Assembly: GCA_041694885.1 (NCBI GenBank)
Contig: JBGFRX010000040.1
Location: forward strand, 1-19,379
Direction: 5' to 3'
DNA: 19,379 nt
Source of the DNA: Candidatus Micrarchaeota archaeon
GTDB taxonomy: Archaea > Micrarchaeota > Micrarchaeia > Anstonellales > Bilamarchaeaceae
Positions 8,525-16,100 of the stretch are shown here, in pieces. The position numbers were made by a program, and so were the translations under genes. The notes below the pieces were generated by a model. That model saw only the letters and a list, made by a program, of their open reading frames with translations, ran no database searches and was not told where the DNA came from. How positions within the stretch are numbered: the stretch's first letter is position 1; every line of letters begins with the position of its first letter.

Positions 8525-8535
8525 CGTGATTTTGC

Positions 8536-9108
8536 ATGGATTTGAAATTCCATTTTCCGGATTTGCTGAAAAAACTCAGGCGCGGGCCTGCGATAATACA
8601 CCCAAAGGATGCAGGGCTTATCATCGCATATACAGGAGTGGGAAAAAACAGCACAGTGATTGAGGCAGGCGCAGGAAGCGGCTTTCTCACAGTCCAGCTT
8701 GCGAACGTGTGCAAAAAGGTCCATTCATACGAGAAGAAACCCGAGTTCTATGAACTTGCGAAAAGGAATCTGGAGATTGTGGGAATAGAGAACGTAGAGC
8801 TGAAAAACAAGGATATTTTCGAAGGGATAGATGAAAAGGAAGCGGATTTGGTTGCGCTTGATTTGCCCGATGCGGAGAAGGCAGTCAGGAACTCGTATGG
8901 AGCGCTGAAAAATGGCGGATGGCTCACCGGCTACCTTCCGAACGTGGAGCAGGCGAAGAATTTCTATTTAGAATGCCACAAAACCGGGTTTCGGGAAATT
9001 TTCATGATTGAAGGAATAGTGCGCGAGTATAAGGTGCGCGAGTACGGTGTGAGGCCTGCGCATATTGGGCTCATGCATACTGCCTACCTCGTTTTTGCAA
9101 AAAAGTAG
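8536..9108 (+). CDS. trmI: tRNA (adenine-58/57-N1)-methyltransferase TrmI (GCD14 family), catalytic domain only
   Basis: RGPAIIHPKDAGLI, SAM motif EAGAGSG, SYE, LDLPD, YLPNVEQ and RP...MHTAYLVFAKK. An in-frame TGA at 8527-8529 fixes the start. Confidence 0.92.
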   Translation: MDLKFHFPDLLKKLRRGPAIIHPKDAGLIIAYTGVGKNSTVIEAGAGSGFLTVQLANVCKKVHSYEKKPEFYELAKRNLEIVGIENVELKNKDIFEGIDEKEADLVALDLPDAEKAVRNSYGALKNGGWLTGYLPNVEQAKNFYLECHKTGFREIFMIEGIVREYKVREYGVRPAHIGLMHTAYLVFAKK

Positions 9109-9244
9109 ATTTTTATAGTTTTTTGTGTAAATATTTACCATGGCTGCGGTTAAGGAAAAGGAAAACAACGGGTGCGTAACGCTTATCCTGCCGCCAAGGT
9201 CGAGAGTATTAAATAAATGGAAGGAGAATGGAGAGACGATATTC

Positions 9245-9922
9245 ATGGCTCCGAAAAAACTCTTCTTCGACATCGACGACGTGCTTTTCCCCTCTACCGA
9301 ATTCTCCGCGCTCGCCAGGAAAAACGCGCTGAACGCGATGATAGAGCACGGGCTCAACATCGAATACGAAATGCTCGAACACAATCTTGAAAAAGTGATA
9401 AAGAAGTACGGCTCGAACTACTCGCGCCATTTCGACGTACTGGTGAAAGAGCTCGGAGTGGAAAAAAACAAAAAGGCAAAGTTCGTTGCAGCGGCGACAG
9501 GCGCATACGCGAACACCAAGGCCGCGATAGGCGCATATGCAGACGTTCCGCTTGCGCTGCTCGAACTCAGGGAAAAATATCCGCTCTACGTCGCGAGCGA
9601 CGGGCTCGCGGTGAAGCAATGGGACAAGCTCATAAGGATAAAGCTGGCGATGTTTTTCGACGACGTCTTCGTTTCGCAGGAGCTGGGAGTGCAGAAAAGC
9701 CCGCGGTTTTACAGGAAGATTGCCGGAATGGTAAACGCGAAACCCGAAACGTGCGTGATGATCGGGGACAGGGAAAGCAAGGATGTGGTTCCTGCAAAAG
9801 AAGCCGGCTGGACCACGATAAAGGTGAGAAGGCAGGGCGCGAAATATTCAGAAGGGGAAACAGTTGCGGATGGGGAAATTTCCTCGTTTGTCAAGCTCGA
9901 CGAAACCCTGGAAAGGATTTAA
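9245..9922 (+). CDS. HAD-superfamily hydrolase, subfamily IA (archaeal TIGR02253-like); alternative start at ATG 9140
   Basis: Motif I FFDIDDVL, motif II ASDG, motif III Lys in QKSP and motif IV MIGDRESKD. TATTAAAT at 9207-9214 supports the 9245 start. Confidence 0.9.
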   Translation: MAPKKLFFDIDDVLFPSTEFSALARKNALNAMIEHGLNIEYEMLEHNLEKVIKKYGSNYSRHFDVLVKELGVEKNKKAKFVAAATGAYANTKAAIGAYADVPLALLELREKYPLYVASDGLAVKQWDKLIRIKLAMFFDDVFVSQELGVQKSPRFYRKIAGMVNAKPETCVMIGDRESKDVVPAKEAGWTTIKVRRQGAKYSEGETVADGEISSFVKLDETLERI

Positions 9923-9925
9923 ATA
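9911..9925 (+). promoter_or_regulatory. BRE/TATA (GAAAGGA-TTTAAATA) for the Cys-rich gene
   Basis: The TATA box ends 28 nt upstream of ATG 9954 and there is no RBS, consistent with a leaderless transcript. Confidence 0.55.
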
Positions 9926-9953
9926 ACTTTGTGGAAATCCATCTGGTGCACAA

Positions 9954-10799
9954 ATGAAAAATGCGCAATTCCTTTTCCTGCTCACGCTCTTCGGTTTTCT
10001 CATGCTTGGTATGGGTTGCACCGGAGTGCAGAGCTGCACTTCGGACAAGCAATGCAAGGAATGGCAGACGTGCGACGTGGACAAGAAATCCTGCGTGCTG
10101 AAGACCGGGTACTGCAATTCCGAAGCCGACTGCAACGATTCGTTGAAGTTCTGCAATAGTACTAATCATCTCTGCACCTACAAGTCGGGAAAATGCCGGC
10201 TTACCACCGATTGCCCCACATGGCAGGTGTGTGTGAACCAGAACTGCATCGCGAAACCAGGGTTCTGCGATAACGACAGCGTGTGCAAGCCACAGACCGA
10301 GTGGTGCCATCCGCAGACGCACACGTGCAGACCGAAGCCCGGGTTGTGCTATGACAATTATGATTGCGCTGGCTGGCAGACCTGCGACGTGCTCGCGAAC
10401 AAGTGCGTACCTATGGACGACCGGTGCGATTCTGATTACCAGTGCAAATTGTGGCAGTTCTGCAACTCCACATCAAACTACTGCGTCGCAAAGTCCGGTT
10501 TCTGCAAGAACGACCTGGACTGCGAGAACTGGAGCAGGTGCAGCAGCAACCTGAACAAGTGCGTCGCGCGGACCGGTTTCTGCGCGTCGGACAAAGAATG
10601 CTCCTCATGGGAATTGTGCAATCCGAATCATGTGTGCGAGCCGAAAAGGGACTACTGCAACTCCTACCTCGATTGCGAATCGTGGCAGTACTGCGACAGC
10701 GCGGAGCACAAGTGCGCGACGAAAATAGGGTATTGCTCAAGGGACGCTGATTGTGCATCAGGAGAGGCGTGCGATCCGGTGCAACACATCTGCAAATAG
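9954..10799 (+). CDS. Secreted, lipoprotein-like cysteine-rich repeat protein (281 aa; ten repeats of about 26 aa, 4 Cys each)
   Basis: Signal peptide MKNAQFLFLLTLFGFLMLGMG|C followed by repeats of consensus C-x2-D-x-D-C-x2-W-Q-x-C-x4-6-C-V-x-K-x-G. Confidence 0.92.
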   Translation: MKNAQFLFLLTLFGFLMLGMGCTGVQSCTSDKQCKEWQTCDVDKKSCVLKTGYCNSEADCNDSLKFCNSTNHLCTYKSGKCRLTTDCPTWQVCVNQNCIAKPGFCDNDSVCKPQTEWCHPQTHTCRPKPGLCYDNYDCAGWQTCDVLANKCVPMDDRCDSDYQCKLWQFCNSTSNYCVAKSGFCKNDLDCENWSRCSSNLNKCVARTGFCASDKECSSWELCNPNHVCEPKRDYCNSYLDCESWQYCDSAEHKCATKIGYCSRDADCASGEACDPVQHICK

Positions 10800-10904
10800 C
10801 TCTTTATTCTTCAAGACAATATCGGTTATCACGCTTCTGGATAAGATGAATTTCATGCGTTCGGCATAAGGTTTGTTCTCCCCATATACTTTGATTTTAT
10901 AAAG

Positions 10905-11171
10905 CTAATCCTCGTGCTGCTGCCACAATCGCCTTTTTTGGTTCATTAAATCCTTGGCAACTGCGAGCAACTGGGTGCTAACCTGGAGCGCTTCGGAAGG
11001 GCTGAGCTTTATCGCTGTCGCCGAAACACTGTTCATCACCCTTATGGTTACAGTGCCGTCGCGAGGGAAGCCGTTGCTCTCGTTCGGGGGCTCGCTCTCG
11101 AGCCGCATTATCGTCCTGTGCTGCTCGCCCTTCTCGTTCTTCCACCAGTGCACTATTTCATCCTCTATCAT
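10905..11171 (-). CDS. Small hypothetical protein (88 aa from ATG 11171, or 109 aa from GTG 11234), predicted beta-beta-beta-beta-alpha
   Basis: MIEDEIVHWWKNEKGEQHRTIMRLE...GTVTIRVMNSVSATAIKLSPSEALQVSTQLLAVAKDLMNQKRRLW. GGGAGA precedes ATG 11171 and GGAGG precedes GTG 11234. Confidence 0.75.
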   Translation of the reverse strand: MIEDEIVHWWKNEKGEQHRTIMRLESEPPNESNGFPRDGTVTIRVMNSVSATAIKLSPSEALQVSTQLLAVAKDLMNQKRRLWQQHED

Positions 11172-11292
11172 CGAATCTCCCTGCACATCCTTCTCGCTGG
11201 TTGGAATTTTCGGACTCTCCGCTTCCGGAACCACCTGGGTTCCTCCGCGCTATATTGTTCCATATCGTTCTCATGCGTTCGCCTTTTTCCAT
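11158..11292 (-). CDS. Possible 44-aa small protein MEKGERMRTIWNNIARRNPGGSGSGESENSNQREGCAGRFDDRG
   Basis: ATG 11292 lies 27 nt downstream of the minus-strand TATA box (11320-11327). The ORF overlaps the start of the 88-aa gene by 14 nt. Confidence 0.45.
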   Translation of the reverse strand: MEKGERMRTIWNNIARRNPGGSGSGESENSNQREGCAGRFDDRG

Positions 11293-11319
11293 CTGGGTTA
11301 AGAAATGCCGTAGAAGATC

Positions 11320-11329
11320 TTTATAAAGC
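11320..11329 (-). promoter_or_regulatory. TATA box GCTTTATAAA (minus strand) for the small genes divergent from ftsZ
   Basis: The same 10-mer occurs at 16101-16110 (+) and 10896-10905 (-). Confidence 0.6.
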
Positions 11330-11442
11330 CCGGAAGAGGTGCTTTCCGGTGGCTTCCAAAAGGGAACTGAACTTTTTTTGTGTGTGATGCATTTCGCTCG
11401 GCGGCTTTTTCTTATGAAGAAAAACAAACCCGAATCGTGTTA

Positions 11443-11458
11443 TGTAACTATAGTTACA
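11443..11458. promoter_or_regulatory. Perfect 16-bp palindrome TGTAACTATAGTTACA, putative operator
   Basis: Seen directly. It lies between the divergent promoters of the small genes and ftsZ. Confidence 0.55.
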
Positions 11459-11520
11459 AAATAGCAGCGGCTGTCGATTTCTTTTCTCCATTTTCATTTC
11501 GTGTTCCCGCACCTAATCTG

Positions 11521-11626
11521 TTTAAAAACATTCTCGTCGAAAAGGCGCACGTGCAAAAGCGTTCCGCTCACTTAGAGCGGGAAAAATCAAAATACAAGAC
11601 GCGAAACCGAAAACATTTCTGGGTGA
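11521..11626 (+). promoter_or_regulatory. ftsZ promoter and leader: TATA TTTAAAAA (11521-11528), hairpin CCGCTC-ACTTA-GAGCGG (11564-11580), RBS GGGTGA (11621-11626)
   Basis: Elements read directly from the sequence; the transcription start is inferred at about 11550. Confidence 0.55.
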
Positions 11627-11630
11627 TCCG

Positions 11631-12710
11631 GTGTTCGAAGACATAATAAGGACGACGAAATCCGAGAGCCCGCAGCACACCCTCGCCGAGGAGGGGATAA
11701 AGCCCATTCCTGAAGATAACGAGGGCATAAGGATATCTGTGGTGGGAGTGGGAGGCGCAGGATGCAACTGCGTAAACAGAATGATGAAGGCAGGGCTGAA
11801 GAGCGCGCTCGCGATAGCCGTGAACACGGACGCGAAGCACCTCAACATAACCGATGCGCACAAGAAAATCCTGATAGGCAAATCCATAACAAGAGGCTTG
11901 GGCGCAGGCGGAGACCCGGAAGTCTCGAGAAAATGCGCAGAGGCGGACGCAGCTCTAATAAAGAAGGAGCTCGGGGACAACGAGCTCGTATTCATAGTCG
12001 CGGGAATGGGCGGCGGAACCGGAACAGGAGCAATGCCCGTAGTTGCGCGCATTGCGAAAGAAAGCGGTGCAATAGTGGTAGCGATGGTAACTTATCCATT
12101 CAACTTAGAGCGCTCGCGCCTGAAAATCGCGCAAAGGGGGATAAGGGAACTCTCCTCCATAGCCGACACAGTAGTGGTTATAGACAACAACCGTTTGCTT
12201 TCCTATGCCCCGAACCTTCCGATCAACCAGGCGTTCGAGCTCGCGGACTCGATAACCACAAGAGCAGTCACAGGTATTTCGGACACGATAATGTTCCCAT
12301 CCCTGATAAACGTGGACTTTGCGGACGTGAAGGCGATAATGCAGAACGGCGGCGTCGCATTCATCTCGCTCGGAGAAGGCAACGGCCACGACAAGGTGAA
12401 CAACGCGGTGAAGAGCACTCTCGAGCACCCCCTTTTGGACGTGGATTATGAGGGCGCGAGAGGCGCGCTCATTCATCTCGAAGGCGGCGTGGACATGACT
12501 TTGGGCGAGGCAATAAAGATAGGAGAGGGAATAACCTCGAGCTTCGACGAGAACGCGAATGTGAAAGTAGGCGCCCGGGTGAATCCAGAGCTCAGGGGCA
12601 CTGTTCGCGTTACTGTAGTAGTTGTCGGGGTGAAGTCGCCGATGATCTTCCAGAAGGAGGAGACGAGCGGCATAGTTCACCTCACCGAAGAGGACATAAC
12701 AAGCCTTTAG
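11631..12710 (+). CDS. ftsZ: Cell division GTPase FtsZ, archaeal FtsZ2-type
   Basis: GVGGAGCN, NTD, GLGAGG, tubulin signature GMGGGTGTG and T7 loop INVDFADV. YPFNLERSR, PSLIN and HPLLDVDY resemble FtsZ2 rather than FtsZ1. GTG start with a GGGTGA RBS. Confidence 0.97.
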   Translation: MFEDIIRTTKSESPQHTLAEEGIKPIPEDNEGIRISVVGVGGAGCNCVNRMMKAGLKSALAIAVNTDAKHLNITDAHKKILIGKSITRGLGAGGDPEVSRKCAEADAALIKKELGDNELVFIVAGMGGGTGTGAMPVVARIAKESGAIVVAMVTYPFNLERSRLKIAQRGIRELSSIADTVVVIDNNRLLSYAPNLPINQAFELADSITTRAVTGISDTIMFPSLINVDFADVKAIMQNGGVAFISLGEGNGHDKVNNAVKSTLEHPLLDVDYEGARGALIHLEGGVDMTLGEAIKIGEGITSSFDENANVKVGARVNPELRGTVRVTVVVVGVKSPMIFQKEETSGIVHLTEEDITSL

Positions 12711-12791
12711 ACATTTATTTTCGGACTCGGTTGGTTTGATCGATTGAATTCAACCTGGTTTGCTTCAGCATGCGAATAATGAGATGATGAA

Positions 12792-15700
12792 ATGATCGAA
12801 TTTTCCCTCGCATACGCCTTAGCGGTGATTTTCCTTTCCTCATTCCTTCCCGGCGCATTGCTCTCTCTCGCGCTCCTCAAAAAGAGCGATTTTTCCCTTC
12901 TTGAGAAAATACTCGCAGGCTTTGCGCTTGGATGGATAGTGCAGGCATTCATCCCATTTTTCGAATTCCTCGTTTTGGGAATAAATTTCTCCTATTCGCT
13001 CGCGCTTCTGAATACAGGAATATTTTATGCGCTTTCAATAAGCCTTTTCATAATCCTGAAGGCGTACGAGGACGAGGAACTCCGCTTTCCTGATCCAAAT
13101 GAAATACTGAAAGAACCAGCGAAGTACATGATTCCGGCATTCGTGCTCCTGATTTTTTTCCTGAACTTCTTCGTGCGCATCCAGTCGCTCAGCCCCATAT
13201 ATCAGGAGCTCGATCCGTATTATTACATATATGGTGCACAGCAGATCGCAACGCTTGGTTACAACCCCCTTGACGACAAGACCGCATGGTATCCAACAGT
13301 GAAGGTCGACCACCGCTGGGCACCATTAAAAACATATTTAGAGGCATCATGGTACGTGCTCTATTCCCAGGGTGGGCAATACAACAATTACATTCTTTCT
13401 CTTATTTCCAACATCTATCCCCCTTTCGCTGCTGCGTTCGCAGGCTTCTTCGTATACCTGGGGTTGCGCGCATGGTACAGGAAAGAATACGCGCTCATCG
13501 CCTCCGTTCTTGCATCCTTCATTCCGATATTCATACTCAAGACAATGGCAGGGGGAGCGGAAGTGCAGCCCTATGCGTTCTTCGCGTTTTCGTTCTTCAT
13601 CGCCTTCTTCCTATGGGCGCAGAAAAAGCAGGACCTGAAATACATGGCGCTCGCAGGCATAGGATATTTTGCGCTCTCGTCAGGAAGCTCCTCCCAGGTG
13701 ATCGGCTCAACACTGTTCCTGCTTTTCACAATCCCGCAGGCAATAACATTGTTCCTCATGAAAAAGGAAATCGGCTCCTTCGTCAGATTGAGCGCAGCCT
13801 TTCTTTTGTTTTCGCTCCTTGCAACAGTTCTCAAAAGTGCATTCTCTGGATATCCCATAATCTCCTACGCGTTCGCAGAAGGATGCGCTGTTGCCTTCAC
13901 ATTCGTGCTTTTCCTTGTGCAGAAATCCAAATTAGACCATGAGACGCAGCTCTATGCGCTTGGAGCCCTCGCCTTTGCAGCAGCCCTATTGTTCGCATTC
14001 ACTCCTTTGGGCGACCTTGTGAAGGACGTTGCGCTCACTGGTCTCCAGATAGCCAGATATAATGCGCCGCTGGACCGCACCATTGCAGAGCAGAGCACGA
14101 GCAGCGCGATTTTCGAGCCGCAGTTGGGATGGATGGGGAAGATATTCGGCTATTCCTTTTATCCCGTGATAGGAGTGGCGTTCGCAGGACCCTCAGAGCT
14201 TGCAAATGCAGCATTCTCACTTTTTTCTCTTTTCCTCAACGCGGTGTTCGACATAAATCTTAACTATTCGGCAAAGGAGAACAGTGTGCTCATGGCAGTC
14301 CTGTTCTTCTCTTTGGCTGCCTCTGCATACGGGGCTTACCGCATGGCCGTGAACAAGGAGGAAAACCCTGCATGGTTCTTCCTGGCCCTGATATTCCCCA
14401 TCGCCTTGATCGGGCTGCTGAAAGCAAAATACGTTATTTACCTCGGCTTCGTGCTCTCCATGGCCCTCGCGTTCGTTTTCGGCGAGTTCGAGGACCTCGT
14501 GCTCAGGCACAAGCAGATATTCGTTGCGCTTGCCGCTTCCATGGTAGCGCTCGGCGTCTTGATGGTGCTTTTCTCAGGAGACGCAGCAAGCGCGCTGCTC
14601 GGCGCCGGCCTTTACGGAGCACTCATGCTCGGCTTAGGCAGATTCGGCATAGACGCATTCAAAGCACTCCTCGCAACAGGGCTGATTCTTGCCCTGCTTC
14701 AGACAACGGGTCTCGATGCTGTAACTGACGAGGGCGGCAAGCTCAAATTGCAGGCCGCAAGCCCCACCGTTTCCCTTATCAAAGCGAGCTTCGGGATCCG
14801 CTTCCAGGACAATCCAGCAGCACTAGAGCAGAAGTTCGCAGGTCTTTGCGACCAACTCCAGCTCAAGGGCGCAAGCGGAGCATTGGTGTTGGATGTGTGC
14901 GCAGCAGGAAAGGATGCAATCGCATACGCCAACAAAAGCACGAATAACCAGTACAATAGCAATCTCTGCTTCCTTTCCCTGATGAAAGACCCATTCGATC
15001 CGAATGAAGACAAGACTGGCGCAGCATACAGGTGCGAGCGCATTTCCGATTACTGGATAGAAAGCATGGAATGGATAAGGTACAATACGGAAAACGATTC
15101 GAGAATAACGAGCTGGTGGGACTACGGCCACTGGGAGAACTTCTTTGGCCAGCGTAACGCCGTTATAAGGAACGAGCACGCGAGTCACGAGATGATAGGC
15201 GAGATAGCGCACAACTACCTCTCAGGAACCCCTGAAGAGCTGAGGAAGAGCATGCTTCGCTACGATTCCAGGTATGCGCTTTTTGATGCGGAGCTGCTCA
15301 TGAGCGGCAATTCGTTTGGAGGGAAATACGGCGCGCTGAATTACCTCGCGTGCGCCCGCAACAACCTTACCAATGTAGGCAAAAGCCCTGGCTCCTCGCT
15401 TTGCGAATTCGAGCACCTCTGGAGTCAGATTTACGTTCCACTATCTCCCTCACCGCAGGACTCGTGCACAATTTCCTTTTCCCAGAAAGGCATTACTGCC
15501 TATGCAGCGAAGCCCGTAGAGAGCACAGAAAGGCTTGATTACCAGCTCGAGCCCGTCTATTGCTTAGGCGCAACAACGCTCGCGGACGGGAAGAACACGA
15601 GCGCGCTCTACGATTTGCGCAACCGCTCCCCGGACGGAACGCTCAAATTGCACAAGGCGTTCGTGAAATTCGAAGGCACCACCTCGGACAGGAGATGGAA

Positions 15701-15896
15701 CCTCTACACCCTTCTCTACACGAAGGACAAAATATGGCTTGAAAACAACAACATAAGCGATGGCTGGAGCGACCGGAGCTCGAAATTCTACGACTCCAAC
15801 CTGTACAGCGCATTTGTGCTCGAGGATCTCCCGGGCTTTGAGTTAGTGTACAAAACAAGCGATGGGATGGTAAAAATATACCGGATTAAGGACTAA
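12792..15896 (+). CDS. aglB: Oligosaccharyltransferase AglB (STT3 family), 1034 aa
   Basis: ELDPYYY (first luminal loop, ExD), RTIAEQ (TIXE motif) and SWWDYGHW (WWDYG motif). Many TM helices followed by a soluble C-terminal domain. Confidence 0.93.
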   Translation: MIEFSLAYALAVIFLSSFLPGALLSLALLKKSDFSLLEKILAGFALGWIVQAFIPFFEFLVLGINFSYSLALLNTGIFYALSISLFIILKAYEDEELRFPDPNEILKEPAKYMIPAFVLLIFFLNFFVRIQSLSPIYQELDPYYYIYGAQQIATLGYNPLDDKTAWYPTVKVDHRWAPLKTYLEASWYVLYSQGGQYNNYILSLISNIYPPFAAAFAGFFVYLGLRAWYRKEYALIASVLASFIPIFILKTMAGGAEVQPYAFFAFSFFIAFFLWAQKKQDLKYMALAGIGYFALSSGSSSQVIGSTLFLLFTIPQAITLFLMKKEIGSFVRLSAAFLLFSLLATVLKSAFSGYPIISYAFAEGCAVAFTFVLFLVQKSKLDHETQLYALGALAFAAALLFAFTPLGDLVKDVALTGLQIARYNAPLDRTIAEQSTSSAIFEPQLGWMGKIFGYSFYPVIGVAFAGPSELANAAFSLFSLFLNAVFDINLNYSAKENSVLMAVLFFSLAASAYGAYRMAVNKEENPAWFFLALIFPIALIGLLKAKYVIYLGFVLSMALAFVFGEFEDLVLRHKQIFVALAASMVALGVLMVLFSGDAASALLGAGLYGALMLGLGRFGIDAFKALLATGLILALLQTTGLDAVTDEGGKLKLQAASPTVSLIKASFGIRFQDNPAALEQKFAGLCDQLQLKGASGALVLDVCAAGKDAIAYANKSTNNQYNSNLCFLSLMKDPFDPNEDKTGAAYRCERISDYWIESMEWIRYNTENDSRITSWWDYGHWENFFGQRNAVIRNEHASHEMIGEIAHNYLSGTPEELRKSMLRYDSRYALFDAELLMSGNSFGGKYGALNYLACARNNLTNVGKSPGSSLCEFEHLWSQIYVPLSPSPQDSCTISFSQKGITAYAAKPVESTERLDYQLEPVYCLGATTLADGKNTSALYDLRNRSPDGTLKLHKAFVKFEGTTSDRRWNLYTLLYTKDKIWLENNNISDGWSDRSSKFYDSNLYSAFVLEDLPGFELVYKTSDGMVKIYRIKD

Positions 15897-15995
15897 CCAA
15901 ACTCATATCTTTTCCAAAATCGTTTTCGCAACAGTTCCGAAATCAGGCAGAGCCCCGATAACGAAATTGCGCATTTGTTCAAAAATATATGTTTT

Positions 15996-16015
15996 GGTTA
16001 ACAAATTTGTTAACC
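15996..16015. repeat. Perfect 20-bp palindrome GGTTAACAAATTTGTTAACC
   Basis: Seen directly in the AT-rich intergenic region 15897-16160. Confidence 0.8.
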
Positions 16016-16100
16016 TTTGGTTATTTCTGATTTTTCCATCCCATTCTGCGAAATCAATAAAATGGAAAACAGCCGCAAACTGTGTGTCAATAAATGGAAA

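Noticed and set aside
8443..8535. UGA readthrough (selenocysteine or alternative code) restoring the TrmI N-terminal domain
   Set aside because: The upstream peptide does not resemble the TrmI N-domain, TGA is used as a normal stop elsewhere in the window, and this TGA is part of a GTGA RBS.
9019..9044. Direct repeat GTGCGCGAGTA x2 (VREY-K-VREY) in trmI
   Set aside because: A short in-frame repeat that adds no obvious length relative to the usual TrmI C-terminus.
10859..10886. dif/Xer-like site (GTTCGGCATAA-GGTTTG-TTCTCCCCATA)
   Set aside because: The right arm lacks TTAT, arm symmetry is poor, and there is no recombinase in the window.
11380..11646. 88-aa plus-strand ORF as cdrS (ribbon-helix-helix) upstream of ftsZ2
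   Set aside because: No RHH pattern, non-coding-like composition, and it spans the palindromes and the ftsZ promoter.
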